Positions 1-8,677 of a DNA stretch of 64,000 nucleotides are shown here, piece after piece. Position 1 is the stretch's first letter. Each line of letters starts with the position of its first letter. A model generated the notes under the pieces. It was not told the origin of the DNA, did not search any database, and saw only the letters and a list, made by a program, of their open reading frames with translations. Location of the stretch: positions 32,001-96,000 of the IMG/VR virus record IMGVR_UViG_3300044852_000015, one strand, 5' to 3'. The translations under genes were made by a program, and so were the position numbers. This stretch comes from a virus. Its lineage: Duplodnaviria > Caudoviricetes.

Positions 1-2
1 AG

Positions 3-2642
3 ATTCTGGTCAGTAGTATCCTCTCGCCAAAAGACATGGTTACGACGGAGTTGAACTACGTCTGTAATGAGTCTTCCTTGAAGGGGGAGATCACAGGTGT
101 ACTCCTCAGTGTCATCGAAGAATTTTTCACCAAAGTCTATAAAATAGATCCCCAACTGCCGGGTATTTTGTCAGACGTCCTTTTCAAGAAGGGCTCCTAC
201 CCGGTTATGATCATTCCAGAGTCATCTGTGGATGAAATCATCAACGGGGAACGTAACAACGTAGGTATGGAAGGACGCGTAGATACCCAGAGCTTGTTCA
301 CCCATTCCATCGGTGTTTTGGGCGACTCTACCTTCGAAGACGGCAAGCCCGTACCGAAGAACCGCGTCAAAGTGTCCATGGAAGACATGAACCAGTACTA
401 CACCCAGAACTTCCGTATGTTGCGCCCACGGCTGTCGAAGAAAGGGTTTGACACCAAGATCTCGGTCTCGGACAACCCGGATCTGTTGAAGGCCCCGTTT
501 GTTCACGAACTACAACGTCGTAAGCATCTGGCAGCAACCTTCAAGCGTCAAGGCTTTGGTATGGAGTCCAACAATGAGGTGTCACGCGATGACATCGAAA
601 TGTCGTTCTACCGCCCACGCCTACAAGCTGCTCGTCCGGTTGTCGGTGTGAAAACCGCTGCTCAGGTTAAGCGTGCTACTGTGGGTCACCCACTAGTCAT
701 GCGTCTGCCGTCTGAGTCGATCATCCCAGTACACGTACCGGGTAGTCCAGACGAGCACATCGGTTACTTCGTGATCCTCGATCCCCAAGGCAACCCAGTG
801 GTGAAAGCCAACCGGTCTGAGTACTACAACGACCTGAACATGAACATGTCTATTAACAAGGACATGGCCAGTCAGTTGATCTCCCAAGGTCAGCGTACGG
901 TTGAAGGCTACCAACAACGTTCGGACATCGACACCGAAGAAGCCACACGGATCTACGCCCAGCTCGTAGAGGAAGACCTGATCGCTCGTCTGCGAAACGG
1001 TATCTACGCCGACAACATCGAGATCTCTCGTCCGTTGGAAGTGTACCGCATCATGCTGGCGCGCACCTTTGCAAACATGACCACTCAGTTGCTGTTCGTT
1101 CCGGCTGAGCTGGTGACGTACTTCGCTTTCGACTACAACCGCTACGGCGTGGGTAAGTCTCTGCTCGAAGACAACAAGATCTTGGCTTCGCTGCGTGTAA
1201 TGATGATGCTGTCGAACACCATGTCGGCCATCAAGAACTCTACCCCTCACACGGGCTTGAACATTACACTCGACCCTACTGATCCAGATCCATCGGGGAC
1301 TGTAGAGAAGCTCGTTCACAACTACACTCAGACACGTCAGGCGTCGTACCCACTGGGTGCGTCTTCACCGGTAGACATTGTTAACTTCCTGCAAAACGCA
1401 GGCGTTGACTTGAACGTCCAAGGTTCTCCTGCGTACCCTGAGACTCGGATGGAAGTTGAAGACCGTCAACGTTCAGTAGCTGCACCGAACACTGACCTCG
1501 AAGACAACCTGAAGAAGCAGTTCCTGATGTCCTTGGGCTTGTCCCCAGAGACAGTGGATAACGGTTACAACGTTGAGTTCGCCACGTCGATCGTAACCAG
1601 TAACTTGTTGTTGACCAAACGAGTGATGCTCTACCAAGATCTGTTCACCTCCCTGTTGGGTGAATTCATCCGTAAGTACGTGTTGAACTCCGGTAACTTG
1701 ATGGACAAGCTCCGCAAGACCGTGGAAGCCAACAAGAACATGCTGCAAGAAGTTGACCCTACTAAGCAGAAAGCGCAATTGGCGGAAGGTGGGCAGAAGC
1801 CTACTGAAGATACAGAAGCCGAAAGTGAGAAAGATGCGGCTGTAGACGTTGACGCTATTGTGGCAGAGTTCATCAACTCCTTGACCGTAACCCTCCCACG
1901 TCCAGACAGCATTACTCTGGAGCGTCAGATGGAAGCCTACGACAAGTACATCGAAGGTCTGGAGAAGTGCCTTGAGGCTTACTTCAACAGTGACTTCCTT
2001 GACGGTACTTCGTTGGGCGATCAGTCTGATTCTGTGGACGTTGTGAAAGCGGCTATCTTGGCGCACTTCAAACGTAAGTGGCTGCGTGATAACAACGTCA
2101 TGCCTGAGCTGGCTGATCTGGTGACCTTCACTGAAGACAAACACCCGATGATCGACTTGCTCACCACCCACACCGAACACGTTGATGCTATCGGCGCCAG
2201 CATCCAAGGCTACATGATCAAAGTTGCGGAGACACAAAAGAAACGCAACGAATTGACTGAAGCTGTGGAGAAGGACAAAGACATCGAAGTCGGCGGTGGT
2301 GATAGCGGTGGCATGGACGACAGCGGTGGGGATGACATGGGAGGTGACGACGACGGAATGGGTGGAGACGATGATGATCTCGGTGGCGATGACGATCTAG
2401 GGGATATGGGTGACGACGAAGGGGGAGGTGATGATACCGACGCTGGAGACGACACTGATAGCACCGAAGAGGAAGAAGGGGGAGCCGACGACGAGGCAGA
2501 CGCCGAAGAGGAAGAACCTGAACCGGATGCTGAAGAGGAGGAAGTGAGTGAGGAAGCCGACTTGGGTCAATCCAATGGCGGTGGCGGTGCACTGGCTGAC
2601 TTCTTGGAACGCAGTAAGCGTGTCCGGAAAGATAACCACTAA
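3..2642 (+). CDS. Portal protein, phiKZ gp129-like (5' truncated by window edge)
   Basis: Frame open from window start (ILVSSILSPKDM...); motif PSESIIPVHVPGxPxEHIGYF; about 870 aa with acidic tail; synteny with the gp118-123 block. Confidence 0.8.
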   Translation: MLVSSILSPKDMVTTELNYVCNESSLKGEITGVLLSVIEEFFTKVYKIDPQLPGILSDVLFKKGSYPVMIIPESSVDEIINGERNNVGMEGRVDTQSLFTHSIGVLGDSTFEDGKPVPKNRVKVSMEDMNQYYTQNFRMLRPRLSKKGFDTKISVSDNPDLLKAPFVHELQRRKHLAATFKRQGFGMESNNEVSRDDIEMSFYRPRLQAARPVVGVKTAAQVKRATVGHPLVMRLPSESIIPVHVPGSPDEHIGYFVILDPQGNPVVKANRSEYYNDLNMNMSINKDMASQLISQGQRTVEGYQQRSDIDTEEATRIYAQLVEEDLIARLRNGIYADNIEISRPLEVYRIMLARTFANMTTQLLFVPAELVTYFAFDYNRYGVGKSLLEDNKILASLRVMMMLSNTMSAIKNSTPHTGLNITLDPTDPDPSGTVEKLVHNYTQTRQASYPLGASSPVDIVNFLQNAGVDLNVQGSPAYPETRMEVEDRQRSVAAPNTDLEDNLKKQFLMSLGLSPETVDNGYNVEFATSIVTSNLLLTKRVMLYQDLFTSLLGEFIRKYVLNSGNLMDKLRKTVEANKNMLQEVDPTKQKAQLAEGGQKPTEDTEAESEKDAAVDVDAIVAEFINSLTVTLPRPDSITLERQMEAYDKYIEGLEKCLEAYFNSDFLDGTSLGDQSDSVDVVKAAILAHFKRKWLRDNNVMPELADLVTFTEDKHPMIDLLTTHTEHVDAIGASIQGYMIKVAETQKKRNELTEAVEKDKDIEVGGGDSGGMDDSGGDDMGGDDDGMGGDDDDLGGDDDLGDMGDDEGGGDDTDAGDDTDSTEEEEGGADDEADAEEEEPEPDAEEEEVSEEADLGQSNGGGGALADFLERSKRVRKDNH

Positions 2643-2644
2643 GA

Positions 2645-2700
2645 CGGCATAAAAGCCAAAAAAAAAAGAGAGGTGTAAAAGCCTCTCTTTTTTATGCCGT
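2645..2700. terminator. Bidirectional intrinsic terminator
   Basis: AAGAGAGG...CCTCTCTT hairpin with A/T tracts between convergent genes, flanked by inverted GGCATAAA/TTTATGCC. Confidence 0.85.
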
Positions 2701-3128
2701 CAAACAGCTTGGAGGTATCCTCGACGACCTACTGCACTGGCAGCACGATAGTACGGGGCACCACCATTGAATTGTAAGACGATGTTGTCATTCATCATGT
2801 AACCATCAGCCAAAGAACATTCAGTAGTGTAGATAATGTCCCCCGTTACTTGTGTAGCCATCTTGCGCTCAGGGTCTTTGACATCCAAACAGATCACCCA
2901 GAGGTCATCGGTGTGGTGTACTTCGTCATTGATCTGGATCAAATAACCATGAGGGTAGTTGGCCACTTCGGTGCCGTCAGGGTTTTTGTGGCACATGGCA
3001 CTACAGATGGCAGCACCACTAAACTCCTTGTCCTTACAAAACTTTACCATTAAGAGGTGTTCGAGCAACTCTTCTTTGGTGGTGTGATCAAACGGGGTGT
3101 CTTTATACAGCAGTACGGTTAGTGACAT
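2700..3128 (-). CDS. Hypothetical protein
   Basis: 142-aa ORF, AAGG RBS, fills the gap between two terminators. Confidence 0.7.
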   Translation of the reverse strand: MSLTVLLYKDTPFDHTTKEELLEHLLMVKFCKDKEFSGAAICSAMCHKNPDGTEVANYPHGYLIQINDEVHHTDDLWVICLDVKDPERKMATQVTGDIIYTTECSLADGYMMNDNIVLQFNGGAPYYRAASAVGRRGYLQAV

Positions 3129-3167
3129 GGTGACCTTCTAAGGCTTCAGGGTTATTGGATCGGGTCA

Positions 3168-3193
3168 TAGCAGGGAGCCGAAGCCCCCTGCTA
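3168..3193 (-). terminator. Intrinsic terminator hairpin
   Basis: TAGCAGGGAGC-CGAA-GCCCCCTGCTA (TTCG loop on minus strand) just after the stop at 3201. Confidence 0.7.
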
Positions 3194-3200
3194 GTTTTAC

Positions 3201-5441
3201 TTACACCGAGGCAGCACGCACCAGCACGGAATTCGAACCTAGGTAACCGGGCAGGATTTCCATTACACGACCTTGCACGTCAACAACGTAGTGGTGAGAG
3301 AACTTGGTAGGTTTCTTCCCAGTACGAGTCAACAAAGCGATCATGGCTTTGTGTACCGCAGCGTTTTCAGTGGCTTTCAGAACTTGCGCTTCTTTACCAG
3401 CGTAGAGTTCCAGCGACCAAGGCAGGTGAGTGACCGAGTTCAGCTCATAACGAGCCAGCACTTGCATCACGTCTGCTTTGTGTTCCTTGTTGAGGTTCTT
3501 GCCCAGCTTGTCCAGGTACTCCCAGTATTCCTCACCTTTGAGGATGTTGGTTACAGAGTTGAGGATGTCTGCCGCACGCTCTGTGTTCAACAGAGACCAC
3601 AACAGGCCCATTGCATCGTTGTGTAGCTCGTTACCCAGATCGTCGATGTCCAACACGAAGTCGGTAATCACGCACTGGTTACCATAACCCAGGTTCACGC
3701 TCAGGGCTTGGTTGGTACGTTCGGTCAGCGCTTGGTTGAGGATGTTGTACAGACGAGGGGTGATCTCGTCGTTCTCTTGGTGTTCACGCAGGAACTTGGC
3801 AGCAGCGCTCAGCGTTTGTTTCTTGCTCAGCTCTACCATCACACCGATCATGTTGCCATCAACGTTGACTGGCTTCATGTCACGGTAGTAGTACTCACGC
3901 ACCTTGCCGTCGAAGTGCTCAGACCCAACCGCAATAACTTCATTGAGGTATTTGATCTCAGCTTCATCGAACGAGTGCGCCCCCAACTCGACCGGAATGA
4001 TCTTCACTTCTGGGTTCTCCACAGGGATACTTTCCCCATCGTCCGCCAAAACTACTTGAGGAGCATCCAGAGTAGCCACTTCTTCCCAGTCTACTGGCAT
4101 GACTTTCTTGGATGGGTCCAGGACGTACGGGGTACGCGATTTGATTTCGTGTTGCAGGTATTCCATTTTCTCAGCTTCCTGAGGCGCGATTGCCTTGACA
4201 ACTTCTTTAACCACACCGTCCGGGGTACGAACGTGGAACTTCATGTGGGTGTTCGGATCGAAGGCCATATCCCATGGCTGCTCGATAGTCCAGGTACGTT
4301 TCCACGGGCTGTTGTGCGCAGGACGGATTTCAACACCGCTGTCCAGTTGCACCAGATCGTAAGGACGGTCTTCATCAATCGTGTCGTGGTTGGTTACCCC
4401 GTTAGGGCTTTGCGTAGCCACAGGAGCTTGTACGGGCTCCACGTAAGGTTCAGGAACAGGCTTCTGCTGTTGGCGTTGTACGCTTTCGGCGAAGGCCTTC
4501 TGTTGAGCATTCTCAATGGGTTGCATAGCTGGAGTCCCCATGTCCTGGAACATTTCTTCAACAACACCGGCTGGGTTGCTAGGCGCAGCAGCACGCTTAG
4601 GCCAGTCGGAACTGCTACGACCACCCCACTGATTACTGAAAGTATCAGCAGTCGGTGTTGGGGCTGCTTGTGGAGCTGGTGTAGGGGCTGGGAGGGCCGG
4701 AGCAGCGCTCAGACCACCACGACCTTGGTAACCACCCGCATTTGGGTTGAACGTGCTTGCAGCAGGCGCTGCGTTGACTGCACCACCAGCGAAGCGACCC
4801 CAGTTGATGTTGGGGTTTGCTGCTGGAGCTGGAGCACGGTTCTGACCCCACTGACCTTGTTGCTGCTGAGGCCAGGTGCTTTGCTGTTGCTGTGGTTGCG
4901 AGAACTGGTTCTGTTGGAAACTAGGGAAGCCTTGTTGTGGCTGTGGAGCGAAGTTCTGCTGAGACTGCTGCTGACACTGCGCAATCAACTGACCGATCTG
5001 CTGGTGACGCTGCATCAGACGGTTGATCTCAACGTCAATACCCTGACCCATCATCTGTTTCAGAGCGGGATATTGATTTGCCATCATTGCGGTGGCACAA
5101 GAAACGACTTCGTTTGCCGCGTTGAGTACGAGTTGCTCCTGAGAGTTCCCCTGAGTCGTTACTGCGAAAGCTTCTGCCAGTGCAGTAGCCGAAGCCACTA
5201 GCATCTGGTACAGCTCGTTCTGATAGCTATTAGCAGAGGCCATGTTGAACAGAAAGATCCGCAGCGGGTTCTTGAAAGCATTGTCCTGCAACATCTTGAT
5301 CACGTAACCGTTGACGATGTCAGGGAACGCGTTCTTGAAAGGAACCTGATACGGAGCACCGGAGCAGTAGAACTGTTGGTTAACATCGGTTGCCGAAACT
5401 GGCAGTTGATTCACGTTGGGCTGGTTAAAGGTGGAAAACAT
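3201..5441 (-). CDS. Large hypothetical protein with Q/P/A-rich disordered central region, downstream of the gp123-like gene
   Basis: Long ORF; likely start MFSTF with GGAG RBS; low-complexity middle. Confidence 0.8.
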   Translation of the reverse strand: MFSTFNQPNVNQLPVSATDVNQQFYCSGAPYQVPFKNAFPDIVNGYVIKMLQDNAFKNPLRIFLFNMASANSYQNELYQMLVASATALAEAFAVTTQGNSQEQLVLNAANEVVSCATAMMANQYPALKQMMGQGIDVEINRLMQRHQQIGQLIAQCQQQSQQNFAPQPQQGFPSFQQNQFSQPQQQQSTWPQQQQGQWGQNRAPAPAANPNINWGRFAGGAVNAAPAASTFNPNAGGYQGRGGLSAAPALPAPTPAPQAAPTPTADTFSNQWGGRSSSDWPKRAAAPSNPAGVVEEMFQDMGTPAMQPIENAQQKAFAESVQRQQQKPVPEPYVEPVQAPVATQSPNGVTNHDTIDEDRPYDLVQLDSGVEIRPAHNSPWKRTWTIEQPWDMAFDPNTHMKFHVRTPDGVVKEVVKAIAPQEAEKMEYLQHEIKSRTPYVLDPSKKVMPVDWEEVATLDAPQVVLADDGESIPVENPEVKIIPVELGAHSFDEAEIKYLNEVIAVGSEHFDGKVREYYYRDMKPVNVDGNMIGVMVELSKKQTLSAAAKFLREHQENDEITPRLYNILNQALTERTNQALSVNLGYGNQCVITDFVLDIDDLGNELHNDAMGLLWSLLNTERAADILNSVTNILKGEEYWEYLDKLGKNLNKEHKADVMQVLARYELNSVTHLPWSLELYAGKEAQVLKATENAAVHKAMIALLTRTGKKPTKFSHHYVVDVQGRVMEILPGYLGSNSVLVRAASV

Positions 5442-5454
5442 CTTGTTGCTCCGT

Positions 5455-5553
5455 TTACTTAGACTGACCGAGGGGATTGATGTGACCATACTCTGCTACT
5501 GTTGATTTGGGCTTTACAGTGCAGCTCTCTACTTCCTCAAGTGCGAGACTCAT
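5455..5553 (-). CDS. Small ORF, 32 aa (MSLALEEVESCTVKPKSTVAEYGHINPLGQSK)
   Basis: AAGGAG RBS; fills the intergenic gap; translated by hand. Confidence 0.5.
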   Translation of the reverse strand: MSLALEEVESCTVKPKSTVAEYGHINPLGQSK

Positions 5554-5564
5554 GGTCACACTCC

Positions 5565-7235
5565 TTACTTGGTATATTGGATTTTACGTTGAACTTCGTC
5601 GATCAACGGTCTGAACTTCTCACTACGCACAACCCGATAGTTCGAGTCATACTGCACGCACGTACCGATACGTGTCCGACCATCTGGACTGGCTTTCGGT
5701 AAGTTGTTATACGAACCGATCTCCACGATAGACGAATGGAGCAATTTGGAAGCGTCAGTTGCAGCCGACTTACCACTGTTACGTCCGGTGCCAGTGGCAC
5801 TGGTCTGTGGGACCAAGTTGGACGTGATCTTGAAGTACATGTTATCCCCAGGACTGGAGATACCTGCCACCTCACCGTGTTGACGGTTGATCTTGGTGAT
5901 AGCATCCAAAGTGAGGTTCCGGCGCAGTGCCAGATTGATTTCCTCTTTGATCTTTGGTTTGCGTGCTGCTTTCTGAAGTGCAAACTTGAAGTGGGAGATA
6001 GCCTTGTTGATGTCGAACAGCGCATAGCGCAAGACCATCAACTCTTTATCGTACATCGTGGATTCCACGTTGTCCGACTGGATCACCATCTCAGACAGTG
6101 CTCCAATGATAAACGCAAACAGCTCGTACACGTCGTTTACCAGGATATTCTCACTTCGTAGGTCCAACCGTGATCGTTCATCCAAGGACTCATCCAAGGA
6201 TTCGATGTGGTTCTCGACCTCTTCCGCCAACTTACCTTCACTTTGATTGGACCCAAAGATCAGGTGACCCAGCAGAATACGCCAAAGACGCGTGCTGTTG
6301 ATGAACTCTGGTTCTACGCGTTGCGGGAAATGATCCACCACGTAGAAGAAGCCAGCAACTAGACCAACGTTCTTGGTATTCCACGAAGCACGAGGAATCG
6401 CCATCCGCAAGTTACTTGCGATGTAGCCAATCCGACGCATTCCCCGCAGGGTTCGTGGACACATCTGTTTCGAGCCGCAGATAACCCATTCAGACTTCGG
6501 ATAGAGGTCATAGTTGACTTCATCCGGGTAACCCACATGGACGTCTGTGTTAGACACCATTTTGAAGGTCTGGGTGACACCATACTTACTGAACAAGTAG
6601 TGCGCCATTGTGTGTTTTGCTGTGATACGGTTTTTCGAGTTTGCTCCCTTCTCAGGGCTACGATTGTAAACAGTGGCCCACGCCACGTTTGCAGTTTCAT
6701 TCCATGCCGTCTCTCCGCCGTTGTCAGCCACGTCGAACATCCGGAACGTATGGTCAAGCCGTTCAAAGGTAAGCTTCGTTACCTGCAACGGAATGAATAT
6801 CGTGTTAACCCCATAGCTAATAGCCCGATCAGCCAAAACTGGACTGATGCTAAATGTACTGCCACGAATTGTAATCAACCCCGCCTGACGGACAAAGGGT
6901 AAATACATGTAGCGCTTCAGCAGTGGTTCCTTAACCCCTGTCTTGGGATCAGTGTAGCTGAAGTTGTACTCCACCAGAAACAAATCGGATCGCGCAATGT
7001 CGAACACTGGCTTACCGGTACGCTTCGGTGTAATCTCGTTGAACTCTTCCTGAGGAGTGCAACGGCGACAGTTCTCGTATTTCAAGCCCTCTGGGAAGCT
7101 TTTCGAAATACTCCTGAACAAACCATCCACGTAGCGTTCAACGCCACGCATCTGCTCTACCGCAAGACCAGACATGATCTTATCGTTAAAGCGCGGGATA
7201 GCCCGTTCGACCAAGTTGAAGAAGTGGTTGTCCAT
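5565..7235 (-). CDS. Non-virion RNA polymerase beta subunit, N-terminal part (phiKZ gp123-like)
   Basis: Motifs FPEGLKY..RRCTPQEEF, YLPFV..G...IRGS.F.ISPVLAD, LHSS..E.GS; 556 aa; synteny with the capsid gene. Confidence 0.85.
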   Translation of the reverse strand: MDNHFFNLVERAIPRFNDKIMSGLAVEQMRGVERYVDGLFRSISKSFPEGLKYENCRRCTPQEEFNEITPKRTGKPVFDIARSDLFLVEYNFSYTDPKTGVKEPLLKRYMYLPFVRQAGLITIRGSTFSISPVLADRAISYGVNTIFIPLQVTKLTFERLDHTFRMFDVADNGGETAWNETANVAWATVYNRSPEKGANSKNRITAKHTMAHYLFSKYGVTQTFKMVSNTDVHVGYPDEVNYDLYPKSEWVICGSKQMCPRTLRGMRRIGYIASNLRMAIPRASWNTKNVGLVAGFFYVVDHFPQRVEPEFINSTRLWRILLGHLIFGSNQSEGKLAEEVENHIESLDESLDERSRLDLRSENILVNDVYELFAFIIGALSEMVIQSDNVESTMYDKELMVLRYALFDINKAISHFKFALQKAARKPKIKEEINLALRRNLTLDAITKINRQHGEVAGISSPGDNMYFKITSNLVPQTSATGTGRNSGKSAATDASKLLHSSIVEIGSYNNLPKASPDGRTRIGTCVQYDSNYRVVRSEKFRPLIDEVQRKIQYTK

Positions 7236-7260
7236 CTCTGATCCGACCCTTACCTAACGA

Positions 7261-8433
7261 CTACTTGAAAGCTAGAAAGAGAGCCGCAATGCCTGTGGCA
7301 ATGGCTGGAACCCATTTAAGAAACTCCGAAGCATCCTTCCGTACGTGACTTCGTTCTTCATAGTGGTCTTTACGCTCTAGTGCTGCAATGCTCCGCAGGT
7401 GCTCCACTCGCGTTTGTTCCTCCTTGAGTCTTGCTCCGGCTTCGTTAATACGAGCCTCCTCAAGTTTCCACCGATGCTCCTGTGCTTTGCGATCGCTTTC
7501 CTCCGCTAAACGTCTCTGTTCGAGATCTCTTCTCCATGTCTCAAACTCCTCCTCGCGATCCAACCTTTCGCTTTTCATGCGAATCTCTTGAGCTTTTAGG
7601 TCATGAGCTAAGATTTCGAGTTCTCGTTTCTTCTCTGCTGCGGTGTCTCCCAACACTAAAGCTTCTTCGTAGGTCTTGAACATACCAAGACACGCTTCTG
7701 CTTCAGGGAATGCGAAGTACTCCGCCCGAGGCTTCCCAACACCACCACTCTCACTCACAGGACAGGTCGAAGCGCGATACACGCCACTGAGCCTACCCTG
7801 ATCTTTGACGGGTTGGACTAGGTAGATCTCCTTATTAATGTTAATGTAACGTGGCCCAAAGATGTCTTCGTTGTCAACGATTTGTAGACTGTAGCCCACC
7901 ACTCCTGCTGTATTGATAGTTTCGTTATCGGCCACTAGGCGGTTACGGACGCCGTCCTGACTAAATGGATGATGCGGGACATAGCCCCCGACCATCGTGG
8001 AAACCACGACGTCTAGGTTGACTAAGTAAAGGGAGCCTCCATTACGTTGTACTTCGTCCTCATCTACTCCATAATCCACTTGGGCGAAACACTGGCCCAT
8101 GCGCTGCCTGACACTACCGCTGAGTACTGCATCGCGTAATGCTCTCATGCCTTCAGACGTTGCATTGGATAGTCGTTCTACGTCAATATTTACACCGGCT
8201 CGATACTTGATCGTGTAGCGTACTATGAACTTGCTCAGGCCTCGTACGTTCATCGGCTGAATAACGAGGGGCATACCAGAGCGATCAACCATTGTAACGG
8301 CCTTGCGAAAGCCGTTAAAGAACTCCTTCTCTATGGAAAGCTGGGAACCGGGTCCAAGATCCAGAATACCTGGAACTTCAACTAGCGGCGCTTCATGGTT
8401 AATGAGTTGGTTATTGGGAATGTACTGGCTCAT
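7261..8433 (-). CDS. Conserved phiKZ-like protein (gp122-like) with C-terminal coiled coil and hydrophobic tail
   Basis: Lies between MCP and gp123-like gene; E/R-rich helix followed by WVPAIATGIAALFLAFK. Confidence 0.7.
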   Translation of the reverse strand: MSQYIPNNQLINHEAPLVEVPGILDLGPGSQLSIEKEFFNGFRKAVTMVDRSGMPLVIQPMNVRGLSKFIVRYTIKYRAGVNIDVERLSNATSEGMRALRDAVLSGSVRQRMGQCFAQVDYGVDEDEVQRNGGSLYLVNLDVVVSTMVGGYVPHHPFSQDGVRNRLVADNETINTAGVVGYSLQIVDNEDIFGPRYININKEIYLVQPVKDQGRLSGVYRASTCPVSESGGVGKPRAEYFAFPEAEACLGMFKTYEEALVLGDTAAEKKRELEILAHDLKAQEIRMKSERLDREEEFETWRRDLEQRRLAEESDRKAQEHRWKLEEARINEAGARLKEEQTRVEHLRSIAALERKDHYEERSHVRKDASEFLKWVPAIATGIAALFLAFK

Positions 8434-8489
8434 CGGTATTTCCACTCAATCAGGTATTATCCCTTGATAATCCTCTTCTTAGTACACCT

Positions 8490-8509
8490 TGATAATATAC
8501 ACTTGAAAT
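8490..8509 (-). promoter_or_regulatory. Early (virion RNAP) promoter variant
   Basis: Minus strand ATTTCAAGTGTATATTATCA matches the TTCAA-N3-TATATTAC motif; upstream of the nvRNAP operon. Confidence 0.7.
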
Positions 8510-8525
8510 AGCTTTGAATGTAAAC

Positions 8526-8570
8526 GGCATAAAAGGAATCCCCCTGAGCCCGAAGGCCCAGGGAGTTCCA
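8526..8570 (-). terminator. Terminator downstream of the MCP gene
   Basis: GC-rich hairpin with TTCG loop followed by TTTTATGCC on minus strand. Confidence 0.75.
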
Positions 8571-8677
8571 GTGTCCCCACTTAAAGGACTCCCCTCAGTA
8601 ACCTAAGTCACTAAGGTGATGCAACGATCACTAGACCGGAAAGTCGAGTGGTTACCACCAAATCAGCAAGCCTCTGC

